The notes below the pieces were generated by a model, which searched no databases, was not told the DNA's origin, and saw nothing but the letters and a program-made list of their open reading frames with translations. A program made the translations under genes and the position numbers. Positions 63,960-64,000 of a stretch of DNA of 64,000 bases are shown here, piece after piece; the stretch's first letter is position 1, and every line of letters begins with the position of its first letter. Source of the stretch: an uncultured Thermotogae bacterium (GTDB lineage Bacteria > Bipolaricaulota > Bipolaricaulia > UBA7950 > UBA9294); NCBI GenBank assembly GCA_964354815.1, contig CAYHBG010000001.1, positions 10,803-74,802 on the forward strand. Reading direction: 5' to 3'.

Positions 63960-64000
63960 GACGGCCACGGCGTCCACCACAACCGGGGGACGGGCTGCGA

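Noticed and set aside
1-64000. Integrase, attP site, repressor/Cro switch, or host genes marking a prophage boundary
   Set aside because: None recognised. Both window edges fall inside phage-type genes, so lifestyle cannot be judged from this window.

Overview
This window reads as one continuous high-GC (roughly 65-67%) siphovirus-type actinobacteriophage or prophage segment. No host genes and no integrase were seen. It has two convergent arms that meet near 14.1 kb.

Plus-strand arm (1-14050) carries early, replication and accessory genes:
- a Cas4/RecB-like Fe-S exonuclease with a putative ERF-like annealing protein;
- a primase-polymerase with Zn finger, and a RecA-fold replicative helicase;
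- two HNH endonucleases; one appears to be a mobile insertion into a rusA resolvase gene that now carries an in-frame amber codon;
- a 200-bp cluster of GGGGACA/TGTCCCC iteron-like sites;
- a SLOG/DUF2493 protein;
- an ~800-bp non-coding array of degenerate repeat units containing tRNA-like (Y-RNA-like) modules, directly upstream of a Ro60/Rsr (TROVE+vWA) gene;
- an RlpA-like double-psi beta-barrel protein.

Minus-strand arm (14208-64000) is the virion and packaging module read right-to-left:
- several small unknown genes, a QueD/PTPS-like enzyme, then TerS, TerL and portal;
- a ~16-kb block not normally found in a head module: a Thr-rich small protein, two NAD epimerase/dehydratases, a SAM methyltransferase, three GT-A/GT2 glycosyltransferases, an Ig-like protein, and a 2622-aa protein with a LamG-like lectin domain and dozens of tandem ~16-aa repeats, plus a GT4 glycosyltransferase;
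- prohead protease-scaffold fusion and major capsid protein;
- head-tail connectors, two paralogous tandem major tail protein genes, a chaperone with a GGGAAAC -1 frameshift site, and a 3191-aa tape measure protein;
- minor tail and fibre genes, a MurG-like glycosyltransferase, a holin-like protein and small membrane/zinc-ribbon proteins.

The candidates I consider most interesting are the Ro60 plus tRNA-mimic RNA array, the virion glycosylation cassette with the giant repeat protein, and the HNH-disrupted rusA. All functional calls are from motif recognition by eye; no searches were run. My coordinates derived from the printed sequence may be off by +/-1 nt in places.
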